Shown here: piece by piece, positions 47,436 through 57,343 of the stretch
How positions within the stretch are numbered: position 1 is the first letter of the stretch
Layout: every line of letters starts with the position of its first letter
Virus record (IMG/VR): IMGVR_UViG_3300038345_000103
Coordinates: 1-64,000 of that record
Reading direction: 5' to 3' (one strand)
Source of the DNA: a virus
Lineage: Duplodnaviria; Caudoviricetes
DNA length: 64,000 bases
Position numbers and translations under genes: made by a program
Notes under the pieces: model-generated
The model's database searches: none
What the model was told of the DNA's origin: nothing
Seen by the model: only the letters and a program-made list of their open reading frames with translations

Positions 47436-47630
47436 ATGAATAAAGAAAATAAAAGCATTGGAAAATGGATACCTCATTGGGTAAATAGTGATTATTTTAA
47501 TAATGAGAATCTTTTATATTTTTTAGTGTCGCATGGATGTTATTGTTCATTATGCGGATATTGGCATAAATGTGACCCATATCCAAAGTTCTGTCCTAAA
47601 TGTAAGGCGGAATTAAAAGAACCATTTTAG
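47436..47630 (+). CDS. Small Zn-ribbon protein
   Basis: GAGG RBS, ATG 47436; CSLCG..CPKC. Confidence 0.6.
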   Translation: MNKENKSIGKWIPHWVNSDYFNNENLLYFLVSHGCYCSLCGYWHKCDPYPKFCPKCKAELKEPF

Positions 47631-47764
47631 GAGACAATATGATAATACAAACTATTGATGGAAGAATCTTATATGTTGATATGTATGGACATATTTTGGC
47701 TGAATATTCAGATGGACAATGGTATGCATATATATTAACCCAATAAACAATTTTAGGAGAAAAA

Positions 47765-47974
47765 ATGGGCAAAAATAAACCACGTAAATTCCCAAATAAG
47801 AAACAAAACAATTATGTTTATCCGTGTCCATATTATGAAAATATTAATGGCAATTATTATTGTGAAGGCGGGGAAACAAATTCAGCTAGGATATGCAAAG
47901 GTAATCAACATAATTGTATAAAAACTTTATATCATCGTCTTGCAAGCAGAAGTGATAAATGGGGGAATGTTTAA
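47765..47974 (+). CDS. Small Cys-rich hypothetical protein
   Basis: AGGAG RBS; CPYY..C..C..C. Confidence 0.65.
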   Translation: MGKNKPRKFPNKKQNNYVYPCPYYENINGNYYCEGGETNSARICKGNQHNCIKTLYHRLASRSDKWGNV

Positions 47975-48285
47975 TGAAATTATTAAAATCAGGTTTGGTG
48001 TCCAAGGATGGCATACATTTTAATTGCAACTATTGTCGATGTGAATTTCTTATTGAAGACAGGAATGATTGGACAATTCAATGGTTAAAAGACTTGGCAA
48101 ATAACCCACCTAAAAAAGTGGCTGAATATTATGTGCGATGTCCAGAATGCCATACAGAACATTGTATCGGCTGCAACCCCAATAAGATTACTCACAATTT
48201 GATAACTCCTTTTCAAATTATGTTTGATAGGGAAGATTGGGATGAAAGATACGATATGGAGACCGAATTAGGAATTATCGAATAA
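47974..48285 (+). CDS. Zn-ribbon hypothetical protein
   Basis: CNYCRCEF..CPECH. Confidence 0.65.
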   Translation: MKLLKSGLVSKDGIHFNCNYCRCEFLIEDRNDWTIQWLKDLANNPPKKVAEYYVRCPECHTEHCIGCNPNKITHNLITPFQIMFDREDWDERYDMETELGIIE

Positions 48286-48308
48286 CCAAACAATATGAGA
48301 ATTAAGAG

Positions 48309-49493
48309 GTGATGTATATCGACAAATTGTTGCAGTTTGCTCAGGAGCATGGTATGATAGACCTTGCTCTCATACAGCAAGAATACGACAAGATGAAACG
48401 ACAACAAATTCTTGAAGGTCAGAAGATATGGCAAGCCTCAGACGGACGATGGAAAACTTATATTGAAGTTGCCGGTAAGAGGAAATTGATAGCCAAGAGT
48501 GACAGGGCAACTCTTGAAGCCACTATCTTCAAAATGCTGAAAGACCCTATACTTACATTCAAAGAATGCTTTGACTGTTGGATTAAGGACAAGCTTGATT
48601 ACGGAGAAATCCAACGTCAAACCTATGACCGATACACGGCAGATTTTAAACGTTATATCCACAACACTGAACTTGAACATCTTAATATCAAAAATATCAA
48701 CGAACTCTTTCTTGAACAATTTATTAAACAGCAGATTTCCAATAATAAATTGACCGCTAAGAACTGGGGTAACATGCGTATTATAATCAACGGCACCATG
48801 ATATATGCCCATAAACACGGCTACACTGATTTTCGAATCAGTTTATTTATGTCGGAACTGCAATTATCAAACAAAATGTTTGAGCGAAAAATCGTTAAGG
48901 ATAAAGAACAAGTGTTTGATAAAAATGAAGAAGATAAGATAAAGCAGTATGTAACCGACAATCCGTCCATGCTTGGACTTGGTGTGGTGCTAGCCTTCCA
49001 TACAGGTCTCAGGATTGGCGAAGTGGCTGCTCTTAAATGGGATGATTGGAAAGATGATATTCTGATAGTTCAACGTACTGAAATCAAATATAAGAATGAT
49101 AAAGGTGAATGGATAGAAGAGGTAAGAAACTTCACGAAGGGCAGAGATGGTATTAGAGAAGTCGTCCTGACAGAGGAAGCAAAGAGGGTACTGTATCAAC
49201 TTTATTCTTACACTGGACCGCAACACGATTATATTTTTATGCGTGACAATCAACGGATTAAAGCCGCATGGCTGTCAAATAAAATCGAATCGATATGCCG
49301 ATGTATCAATATTCCGCATCGTAGTTTTCATAAAATACGAAAGACATATGCTACTACGTTAATAGACGCCGGCGTAGGTGAGAATGTCATTATAAACCAG
49401 ATGGGTCATACTGAAATCCTCACCACCAAAAGATTTTACTATTATAATAAGGAAGAGATTGCCGACATCAAAACCCAACTTGATAAAGTGTAA
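48309..49493 (+). CDS. int: Phage integrase (tyrosine recombinase)
   Basis: N-terminal arm-binding region; SAM-like domain; GLRIGE, FTK, HKIRKTY, MGH and FYYY motifs. Confidence 0.93.
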   Translation: MMYIDKLLQFAQEHGMIDLALIQQEYDKMKRQQILEGQKIWQASDGRWKTYIEVAGKRKLIAKSDRATLEATIFKMLKDPILTFKECFDCWIKDKLDYGEIQRQTYDRYTADFKRYIHNTELEHLNIKNINELFLEQFIKQQISNNKLTAKNWGNMRIIINGTMIYAHKHGYTDFRISLFMSELQLSNKMFERKIVKDKEQVFDKNEEDKIKQYVTDNPSMLGLGVVLAFHTGLRIGEVAALKWDDWKDDILIVQRTEIKYKNDKGEWIEEVRNFTKGRDGIREVVLTEEAKRVLYQLYSYTGPQHDYIFMRDNQRIKAAWLSNKIESICRCINIPHRSFHKIRKTYATTLIDAGVGENVIINQMGHTEILTTKRFYYYNKEEIADIKTQLDKV

Positions 49494-49636
49494 TCAAGTG
49501 TAAATGCATCAAACCCTTGTATTTTCAAGGATTTATGCGAATCAGATACGATTCGAATCCCATTAGGTGCGTTAAAAACCCTTGAAATATGGGGCTGTTC
49601 GAAATCGCATATTGTTACTGTAATCAAAATGTAACC
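49488..49636. other. Putative attP: tRNA 3'-end-like core with flanking arm-type repeats
   Basis: TTCGAATCCCATTAGGTGCG (49552-49571) reads as T-loop + T-stem + acceptor strand; TGTAATCAA-n-TGTAA repeats near 49489 and 49619; AAACCCTTG on both flanks; immediately after int. Confidence 0.7.
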
Positions 49637-49660
49637 AAGGAGAGACGCTGTATGAGAGCA

Positions 49661-50716
49661 TCACTTGGTTTTGGCTTTTAACTTAGTCTTATTATCTTTT
49701 ACCATTAAATTCTTACAACCCTTTTCTGTTACATACAGATAATATTTTTCTATATCACTTTTCTTTTCAAAAGTGTTACTGGTTATTATAACAGTATCAA
49801 CACAACTATTATCAATATAGATTCCCGTACACTTGTTTTCTCCCAAAGAGCCAGTACAAAGATTATTATAAAAATAAATACCCTCGCATTGTCCGTCTTT
49901 TATTTGCGGGAAAGTTTTCTCTCCTAATAAATCATAGGAAAAATCCTTGTTGTATATCCTTGCCACACGTCCATATTGATTAAAAATATTATCATGTACT
50001 TCAACATCGGTCATACCTATTAACGATAAACATGACTGACTTCCAGTACATGTGAAGGTGTTGTTCTTTATCTCAATATCACGATGTGTTCTACCTCCGA
50101 TAATCTGCGAATGTGTACCGATACAAGCCGTAGGATAATCACGACTTGATGATTTATCGAACTTACATTCTGAAATAACAATACCCTGACACATTGTACC
50201 ATCATAACATTTTGATTTCTTTGAACTTCCTTCTTTCCAAAACCCACCGGCATATGCAGCATCTATCTGTATCATTTCTTTATACGGTACTTCTGTATTA
50301 CAACCTAAGAAATTACAGCATAAAATAACTACATCTTTTGAACTGTTAATTTCAACCGCATGACATCTTGTATCTAAAAATGTACAATTTAAAATAGCAA
50401 CCTGATGACTATGAAAGAAGGTCAGCAAATTATCCGGCGAATACTTTCCCATACCCTCAAAGATACCATCATTGATAGTTATATTACCATCGCCATTATA
50501 TCCCTTGGTTGATGTTTTACAGTTATTTAAAAAGATACTCTGTATATTAGCACATCGTCTTAAACGGGCACCATTCATATTAAGCACAGAATTAGCCTTT
50601 AATATCAATTGCTTTGTAATATTATAAGTGCCTTTCTGCCATGCAATTGTACCACCTTTATTTAACTTCTGCTGTATGGTGGTCATTGAGTCGCTTGTAT
50701 ATATCATATATATCAC
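49661..50716 (-). CDS. Right-handed parallel beta-helix (pectin-lyase-like) protein
   Basis: GGTI..KGTY.I..L.L..N..L start; repeated I.NC.F / I.NN.F rungs; HAVEI, EMIQID. Confidence 0.75.
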   Translation of the reverse strand: MIYMIYTSDSMTTIQQKLNKGGTIAWQKGTYNITKQLILKANSVLNMNGARLRRCANIQSIFLNNCKTSTKGYNGDGNITINDGIFEGMGKYSPDNLLTFFHSHQVAILNCTFLDTRCHAVEINSSKDVVILCCNFLGCNTEVPYKEMIQIDAAYAGGFWKEGSSKKSKCYDGTMCQGIVISECKFDKSSSRDYPTACIGTHSQIIGGRTHRDIEIKNNTFTCTGSQSCLSLIGMTDVEVHDNIFNQYGRVARIYNKDFSYDLLGEKTFPQIKDGQCEGIYFYNNLCTGSLGENKCTGIYIDNSCVDTVIITSNTFEKKSDIEKYYLYVTEKGCKNLMVKDNKTKLKAKTK

Positions 50717-51000
50717 CTGTTAATATATTGTTGTTTTCGATTTTCTTTGATTGCTATAAGCCGTTGCAGTTTTTGCGTATAAATATCATCTGCCGATAAT
50801 CGCCGTAATGATACAAGCAGATATATCGGCAGATGATAAGGAATACGCCTATGAATAACCATATCAATCAGATACTTAGCAGTCTTAAAATTTCTTATGT
50901 GGGTATGCCCATCTTTAAACTGCTTATCTTTATTGATTACGATAAATTCAGCATCTGCACGAATTATAACAAAGTTCTCTTTACTGTAAATTTGATTCAT
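50713..51000 (-). CDS. Conserved-looking hypothetical protein
   Basis: IVINK.K.F..GHTHI..FKTAK.LI..SL.RLS pattern seen near lysis genes of Firmicute phages. Confidence 0.7.
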   Translation of the reverse strand: MNQIYSKENFVIIRADAEFIVINKDKQFKDGHTHIRNFKTAKYLIDMVIHRRIPYHLPIYLLVSLRRLSADDIYTQKLQRLIAIKENRKQQYINR

Positions 51001-51214
51001 TGTTATTATCGTTATGAGTCTTATTATAATTAAGTGTTGAAATACCTAATAATGCTCCTAAAAAGCAGTCTATAGCAGTTATAGTACCAACTATCTGTTC
51101 ACCATAAGGCAAACCCCAAATTGTCGCTAATGCGAAATAAAGAGTACCTAAAGCGGGTAAAACAACCTGAGCTATAAATTTAAGTAAATCATAAATGTGA
51201 TTTGAGAATTTCAT
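50981..51214 (-). CDS. Holin (Dp-1-like)
   Basis: YD.LKFIAQVVLPALGTLYFALATIWGLPYGEQIVGTITAID.FLGALLGIS, two transmembrane helices. Confidence 0.88.
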   Translation of the reverse strand: MKFSNHIYDLLKFIAQVVLPALGTLYFALATIWGLPYGEQIVGTITAIDCFLGALLGISTLNYNKTHNDNNNESNLQ

Positions 51215-51303
51215 CTGTCATCCCTACCTTTCCCTTTTAATAAAAGTAAATACCATGCTGCTAATAGCAAATAAAGTAAGATTCCTAAAATCCATTTCAA
51301 CAT
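51211..51303 (-). CDS. 30-aa hydrophobic peptide (not in the ORF track)
   Basis: MLKWILGILLYLLLAAWYLLLLKGKGRDDR; start overlaps the recombinase stop, stop overlaps the holin start (ATGA). Confidence 0.55.
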   Translation of the reverse strand: MLKWILGILLYLLLAAWYLLLLKGKGRDDR

Positions 51304-52310
51304 CTCATATGCACCACCCCTACTTTCTTAAAGAATCCTACTAACATATCGTCAGATGTTGCATCATTATAATGATTAACCATCTCCGGCGAATCCCAAC
51401 CGACAAATTCCTGAACAATATTCTCAGGGACGCCAGCCTTCAAAAACTGCGTTGTGGCATAATGTCTGATACTATGCCAATAAAAATCCTTGCCTATCAT
51501 AGTTGTCAATTGGGCAGCCCAATAATCCATTGAATCTACGGTAATATGTTCAGCCGGATTTGCAGTTTTAGGGAATAACCATATACTGTCAATACCCTTT
51601 GCCTTTCTATCATCCAACCACAGCTTCAAATACGGGTCAAATGGCTCCTTTAATATATACAGGTATATTTGTTTACCCTTGGAACCTTTTCCTTTAGTTA
51701 TGACCTTTTCAGGCGTCTTATAGAAGATGTTTTCCAATACACACTCTGGTGTAAAGTATGATACCTTAAAACGTGTAATCTCTGCTTTACGTCGAGCAGA
51801 GTTCATAGCAAGGCTTAACGCACATGCTATTTCATATTGTTTCTTTTCTACCAAAGTATCTAATATTGATTGTAGTTCCTCCGGTTCAAAAACGGTTTTA
51901 TCACGCACTAATACTTTAATAGGATTTTTAATCTTATTAATAATCGGACGAAAATCTTTAAATTCTTCTTCTTCATCAAGAATGTCTTCAATAAAACTTG
52001 ATAATGAAGACAAGGTTGACTTCACACGACGTAATCTGTTTGGACTCCATTCCCATTCAGACAACGCTTTACCTTGAAACTTTGTTAAATCTTTCTTTGA
52101 AATTTCAGTAAATGGCTTATTATCATTATCCGTTACATTCCAACAAAAGAAGAAGTTTAAGTCATACTTATACTGTTCAATCGTTGTCTTTGCCTTATCT
52201 GTAGATTGTAGATATTCAAGAAATGATGTAATTAAATAAGCATTTTGTCTATGAAACTTTGCAATTAATTCAGGTTTCGTAATAAAGTTGAGTTTTGTTT
52301 GTCTTGACAT
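51297..52310 (-). CDS. Tyrosine recombinase in the late region (SPbeta YomM-like position)
   Basis: SARRKAE, TKGKG, HSIRH, VGW and NHY motifs; AAAGGAG RBS before ATG 52310. Confidence 0.85.
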   Translation of the reverse strand: MSRQTKLNFITKPELIAKFHRQNAYLITSFLEYLQSTDKAKTTIEQYKYDLNFFFCWNVTDNDNKPFTEISKKDLTKFQGKALSEWEWSPNRLRRVKSTLSSLSSFIEDILDEEEEFKDFRPIINKIKNPIKVLVRDKTVFEPEELQSILDTLVEKKQYEIACALSLAMNSARRKAEITRFKVSYFTPECVLENIFYKTPEKVITKGKGSKGKQIYLYILKEPFDPYLKLWLDDRKAKGIDSIWLFPKTANPAEHITVDSMDYWAAQLTTMIGKDFYWHSIRHYATTQFLKAGVPENIVQEFVGWDSPEMVNHYNDATSDDMLVGFFKKVGVVHMRC

Positions 52311-53224
52311 CCTTGTTCTCCTTTCCAAATACTTAGCCACCTTTGACGAGTAGCCGTATAAGTATCTTCACTTTTAAAATCCTTTGGTATCCTTGTTATA
52401 ATCTCTTGTAAATTTGTTATCCTCGTTATGTCCAATGGTACACGATAACCATTAATGCCATTCTTAACTACATCACGGAATATCGGTATATCACATACAA
52501 TCACCGGCGTACCAATCATCAATGCTTCATGTACTGCCCGACAATATCCTTCAGACTCTGATAATTGAATCAAATAATCCGCATCAGAGATACGTTGATA
52601 TAAATCTTCCTGAGAAATCTGTTGATAACAATGAATCATATTATAATGATACATACTTGTATCACAATAATTATCCCAAACAAAATCCACATTCATCTTA
52701 CATAATATCTCACATAGCTGCTGCATACGCTGGCTGCCCTTTTTAGGCTGTATACGGGTACAGCTTATCAATCGTAACTTCTGATGCGATTGTTTTGGTT
52801 TTAACTTTGGTACTGGCACCAACAAGCCCTCGACATAACTACATGGTAATCCAAATCTTTTTGTAAAATTCTCTGCCGCATAACGTGATACTGCTATATA
52901 GTTTTCATTAATACAAAAAGAAGGTGGAACTTTATAATCAATCCCACCATAATCACAATGCAATATTGTATATGCCTGCTTACATTTCACATTCTTTGGT
53001 GCAGGTTTCCAATTATATGAGTTAATAAATATGTCAGTTACATAGGTTGCTGTCTTATCATAAAACTGAAAGTCATCAAACTGGTACATGAACCGCCTTG
53101 ATTGGTCATCGGTCATGATTGTTATCTCATAATCATCTTTAAATGCATTATAGAATGACAACAACCACGTATAAATCCCGTTAATCCATTTAAGATTTTC
53201 AACGTACAATAAAATCTCTTTCAT
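52265..53224 (-). CDS. Glycosyltransferase, GT-B fold (GT4-like)
   Basis: NGIYTW, RIQPKKG, SESEGY..VHEAL..GTPVI (EX7E), NGINGY. Confidence 0.85.
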   Translation of the reverse strand: MKEILLYVENLKWINGIYTWLLSFYNAFKDDYEITIMTDDQSRRFMYQFDDFQFYDKTATYVTDIFINSYNWKPAPKNVKCKQAYTILHCDYGGIDYKVPPSFCINENYIAVSRYAAENFTKRFGLPCSYVEGLLVPVPKLKPKQSHQKLRLISCTRIQPKKGSQRMQQLCEILCKMNVDFVWDNYCDTSMYHYNMIHCYQQISQEDLYQRISDADYLIQLSESEGYCRAVHEALMIGTPVIVCDIPIFRDVVKNGINGYRVPLDITRITNLQEIITRIPKDFKSEDTYTATRQRWLSIWKGEQGCQDKQNSTLLRNLN

Positions 53225-54047
53225 TCATCATTCCTTTTATTTCTTCACGTAATTGTTGTATATCCTCTTTGATTGTTTCGTCTTTGATTTCCATATAAGT
53301 CCGATACATAGTATACAACAACAAACCCTTTTCATTTCTTATTAACTCCGCATCTTGAACTATTTCTTCAAGAAACTGCAATCGTGCCTGATGAGCCAAA
53401 ATTAAATCCTTTGTTTTATATAGATTACGTCCGGCTATTTGTCCACCAAACCGATAATAATATGTAATCATCGGTAGGAGAGCAATACTTTCTGCTTTCC
53501 ATACTAACTTATGAGTAGTGAACGTATCGTTATGTGTTAGTCCAGTTGGGAATTTTATATCATTAAATAACTTACGCCGATATAATTTATTCCATACTGT
53601 ATTAAAAGTCACATTAAAAGCCCTAAATGGGAATCCACATATCTCCATCAACACTTGACGCTTGTCAAATATAATAGGCTTATCAGAACCTGAACCTAAG
53701 TTAACATCTGCCTTTTGTGTATATCTACCTACAGCAATATCAGCATTGGTATCTATCAGTGTTCGCATTAGTAATTCCAACGTCCGGCGATAGATATAAT
53801 CGTCCGCATCCATAAAATATAGATACTCTCCTCGTGCATATAATAAAGCAATATTCTGTGCTTCCGCTTGCCCAACATTATGGTCGAGGGTGATTTGTTC
53901 CACACCCTCAAACTCATAATGCCGTTGACTACCATCATCAACAAGGAGAAACTGTATTTTAGAAAATGTCTGATTTAATACTGAATCCACAGCTTGCTTA
54001 AGCTGGTCATATGGAGTATTATAATATGTCATAATTACAGTAATCAT
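53199..54047 (-). CDS. Glycosyltransferase family 2
   Basis: ITVIMTYYN, LLVDDGS, N.G.A.A.N.AL..ARGEYLYFMDADD, VWNKLYR. Confidence 0.9.
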   Translation of the reverse strand: MITVIMTYYNTPYDQLKQAVDSVLNQTFSKIQFLLVDDGSQRHYEFEGVEQITLDHNVGQAEAQNIALLYARGEYLYFMDADDYIYRRTLELLMRTLIDTNADIAVGRYTQKADVNLGSGSDKPIIFDKRQVLMEICGFPFRAFNVTFNTVWNKLYRRKLFNDIKFPTGLTHNDTFTTHKLVWKAESIALLPMITYYYRFGGQIAGRNLYKTKDLILAHQARLQFLEEIVQDAELIRNEKGLLLYTMYRTYMEIKDETIKEDIQQLREEIKGMMNERDFIVR

Positions 54048-55840
54048 AATATATCCTGTCCAATATATAACTTACGCATCTTACATCTGTTTATATACAA
54101 ACGGCAAAACCATTCAGCATATGTATTGCTATTTAAACAAACAAAAGGGATAGGTTCAGTTGAGGTGTTAAATTCTTGATGGGTTGCCTCTGAACCATCA
54201 ATGTAGATTGTGATTTTTGATATTAATCCGTTAGTCAATTCAACCTTAAATCGTACGGTATGCCACTCATTATAACTCATCGATAATGCTGTATTGCCTA
54301 TACTATACGTATGTCTTTCGAGAGCTTCGCTGGCTTCTTCTATTTCAATATATGGAGGATAGCTTCCCGCCGGATAAAATCCAAACATAAATACTTGACG
54401 GTCAACTGTATGTAAACTACCATAGCGGTCTTCGTATGTAAATGGAGTAAAGAATCCAAGTTCTATATTATCCAAAGTATAAAAATTTACTTCCATATCA
54501 ATATAGAATGTACATGTAGTAGGTATGATTCGATTGTTTATGTTAGCATAATCATACAACCAACCAAGGTATGCATTGTCATTTTCACCTGTATCTAATA
54601 CACCATTTGATAATGTCCATGTAGGTTCGTCATACATACAATCAAACATTTGACCTTGAAGAGCAGTGCGAGGCTCCATAGCAGAACTATCAATTGTAAA
54701 TGAACAAGTTCTTGAACTATCATATCGAACACTATCTCTGCCGTCAATTGAGAAGTCTGCATTGAAGAAATTACCATCCCAAACAGGAGGAGCATCAAGA
54801 GGTCTAAGATATGTTATCCTTGCATATCCATTACCGGCTTTAGGCTTTTTTTCGATTGCTGCGACTGAATGATTTGATTTAGGTATTGTATAAGCATCTT
54901 CAGTAGTTACCTTTGCAACACCATATCCATACATCTTCTTATTAGTCAAGAGAGTGTTACCTATATATCCACTACCTGCACCTGCAGGACTGACACCCTC
55001 TTCAGCACCATAACCGCCATATAAACCGCCACCACCACCGGGAGCGGCTCCTTGTCCAAAAGCATACCCTGTTGATTGTGTTCCTGATTTACCTGTAATG
55101 GTCTGTCCACCATACTGAGGATTACTACCTGCGGCTCCACCACCACTAGCAGCATAACTACCTAACGGAACAGTATCAACCAAATTTCTAACATTAGATT
55201 CCAGTTGCAATACAACCTTTGTTGCGTCAGTAGTATCTACAGCTTCGCCATCATTAATATCTGCAAGAGTACTTAACGATAAAATCCCATTTTTACCGGA
55301 TATTGCCGGAACACTTGACCACTGATAAGTCACGGGTAAACTACCATTTATATACAAATTGAGTTCGGCACTTGTTAAAAAAACTGCGCCATAATCATAT
55401 AAATCATATTTCTTGTATCGATAGTCTATACTATCTTTATTTGTAATGTAAGTAAATAAAGATTGTAAATTTGATGTACCCGTTAATGTTAAATTATGGT
55501 CATTACCATAATAATAGTTATATACAGGTGTACCGACAAAACCGCTAAATATTTGCAAATATAAGCCGGTGTTATTTCCGGTTGTTTGTATAAATTCTTC
55601 ATTTGCAATATATAAATCGGTAATACCCGACGGAATATTAAACGCTGACACTATATAATAGCAAGTTCGATTATTGCCATAATCGGGCGCAATAATACAA
55701 GCATTATATCCTAAAGCGTTTACATTTGCTAAAACTTGAGCAAAAGTTCTGTAAGTGTCCGCACTCGGTGCGGGGTTGCGACCATTTTCAAAAGGATACT
55801 CGTTTGTATCGTCTAAAGGTTGTAACCTTGCATATGCCAT
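54044..55840 (-). CDS. Tail-tip/receptor-binding protein: variable N-domain, C-terminal part of a glycine-rich domain, lectin-like C-domain
   Basis: GTQ..FGQG..GGGGGLYGG..GSGYIG..MYGY..GNGYARITY; position downstream of the tail genes. Confidence 0.65.
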   Translation of the reverse strand: MAYARLQPLDDTNEYPFENGRNPAPSADTYRTFAQVLANVNALGYNACIIAPDYGNNRTCYYIVSAFNIPSGITDLYIANEEFIQTTGNNTGLYLQIFSGFVGTPVYNYYYGNDHNLTLTGTSNLQSLFTYITNKDSIDYRYKKYDLYDYGAVFLTSAELNLYINGSLPVTYQWSSVPAISGKNGILSLSTLADINDGEAVDTTDATKVVLQLESNVRNLVDTVPLGSYAASGGGAAGSNPQYGGQTITGKSGTQSTGYAFGQGAAPGGGGGLYGGYGAEEGVSPAGAGSGYIGNTLLTNKKMYGYGVAKVTTEDAYTIPKSNHSVAAIEKKPKAGNGYARITYLRPLDAPPVWDGNFFNADFSIDGRDSVRYDSSRTCSFTIDSSAMEPRTALQGQMFDCMYDEPTWTLSNGVLDTGENDNAYLGWLYDYANINNRIIPTTCTFYIDMEVNFYTLDNIELGFFTPFTYEDRYGSLHTVDRQVFMFGFYPAGSYPPYIEIEEASEALERHTYSIGNTALSMSYNEWHTVRFKVELTNGLISKITIYIDGSEATHQEFNTSTEPIPFVCLNSNTYAEWFCRLYINRCKMRKLYIGQDIL

Positions 55841-55875
55841 TTAATACACTTCCTTTCTACGGTAAAACCGTTATT

Positions 55876-56445
55876 TTATACTATGCCTGCTTGTAACCAA
55901 TTGTAAATCAAGGACATTTGTTCAGCAGTCGGCTCTTCTTGATTATACAAATAATGGGTGCTGGGCAAGCCTTGGTTAATCAAAATATTAGTAACTGTAC
56001 TTGGGAGATAAATTCCTATATATCCACCCATACCAGTATCAGAGGAATTTTGGTCACCAAACGTATAATAATATGTTATCCCACTTTTAGTTTTTTCCGT
56101 ATAAGGATTGGAGTAGATACTAGTTATAGACCAACCATCGGCGTATATAAATTTCTTAGAAGACTGATAATCATTTATACCCCTATCGGCAGCTATGATA
56201 CTTTGCCAGTTTTCACTAACTTCTAAATAATCTTTATCACACAAATGAATAGTATCAGAGGAAACATTAAATCCTATAACTTCAACACCTTGATACCCAG
56301 ACTCACATCTTGTATAAAATGCATTATAATTATAATTGCCAATAATATCTAAAATCTGTGTTACAGTTCTAGATGTTGATTGACTTTGTGTGTATCCTCT
56401 TATAGGAATTTGTTCACCAAGATTAGTGAATATTTTAACACTCAT
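55876..56445 (-). CDS. Tail-associated variable-domain protein
   Basis: AAGGAGG RBS; resembles the N-domain of 54044-55840 and the C-domain of 57344-62245. Confidence 0.6.
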   Translation of the reverse strand: MSVKIFTNLGEQIPIRGYTQSQSTSRTVTQILDIIGNYNYNAFYTRCESGYQGVEVIGFNVSSDTIHLCDKDYLEVSENWQSIIAADRGINDYQSSKKFIYADGWSITSIYSNPYTEKTKSGITYYYTFGDQNSSDTGMGGYIGIYLPSTVTNILINQGLPSTHYLYNQEEPTAEQMSLIYNWLQAGIV

Positions 56446-56458
56446 TTAATCGTCCTCC

Positions 56459-57286
56459 TTAATATTCATCAACATATACAAATGAGGGTTTTGCAACTTG
56501 GTTTGTAGCATCAATTAAAAATCCAACGTTGATTTTGTTTATATCCGCAATTGTAGTACCAACGGGAGAATCAAAAGAATAAATGGCTGTAGAACCCGAA
56601 TAAAGTGTAAAGGTTATTTTGCTATTAGCCACTTTGACAGTCATTTTGTTATTATCTCCTGACCATAATATATCAATCTCGCTACCATCCCACGCACTAC
56701 TATCTATTGCAAGTCCACTACCACCACCACCAGCTACGATTAAAACATCGCTTAAGTGTGACGATAATTCTGAAAGAAGTCCCGTTCTTGTAGCTATATG
56801 TGTTGCTCCACCACCAAAGGATGAAACAAGATATTCAGTTCCTGTAATTGCTAAATAAGCATTATGTAGGTCATTAGTATCTCCCTCAGATATTAAATGC
56901 TCCACATAAAACCTAGTTTGGCTTGACGAATGATAACATATAAAAATCTGCCCTTGTTCCGTTTCATCATCAACAGCAAACGCAAGTCCAGTAAAATAAT
57001 TTGTTTGCCAAATGGCAGTATTGGCTATTTGGTTCCACTCTACACCTTGATTCATACGATATGCTTTAACACGAAGTGAACCGCTATTATTATTCAAATA
57101 ATCAAGTTTTAAAGCATCTTTATTAAAAAATGTAAACCAATCAGATACCGTTCCATAATCATATAGATTTTTACCTTCAGTGTACATTTTCGAGCTACTT
57201 TCTGCCTGATAAAATAATGACGTAACATTATTCAAAATGGTATTTGTAAATCCATCGCCCTTAATTGTTGCCTGCCTTACCGACAT
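56459..57286 (-). CDS. Tail-associated protein carrying the middle part of a glycine-rich domain
   Basis: AGGAG RBS before ATG 57286; GGGATHIA..GLL..L..VLIVAGGGGSG. Confidence 0.65.
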   Translation of the reverse strand: MSVRQATIKGDGFTNTILNNVTSLFYQAESSSKMYTEGKNLYDYGTVSDWFTFFNKDALKLDYLNNNSGSLRVKAYRMNQGVEWNQIANTAIWQTNYFTGLAFAVDDETEQGQIFICYHSSSQTRFYVEHLISEGDTNDLHNAYLAITGTEYLVSSFGGGATHIATRTGLLSELSSHLSDVLIVAGGGGSGLAIDSSAWDGSEIDILWSGDNNKMTVKVANSKITFTLYSGSTAIYSFDSPVGTTIADINKINVGFLIDATNQVAKPSFVYVDEY

Positions 57287-57304
57287 TTTGTTCAACTCCT
57301 TTTT

Positions 57305-57337
57305 TAAAAAAAATAGGGCAGCGAATTAACACTGCCC
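57305..57337 (-). terminator. Rho-independent terminator after the large tail gene
   Basis: GGGCAG/CTGCCC stem followed by a long T tract on the - strand. Confidence 0.7.
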
Positions 57338-57343
57338 GCAATA

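Noticed and set aside
57305-57337. Terminator as evidence that the downstream tail cassettes are silent
   Set aside because: The downstream ORFs have strong RBSs, and the holin lies further downstream on the same strand, so read-through or internal promoters must exist
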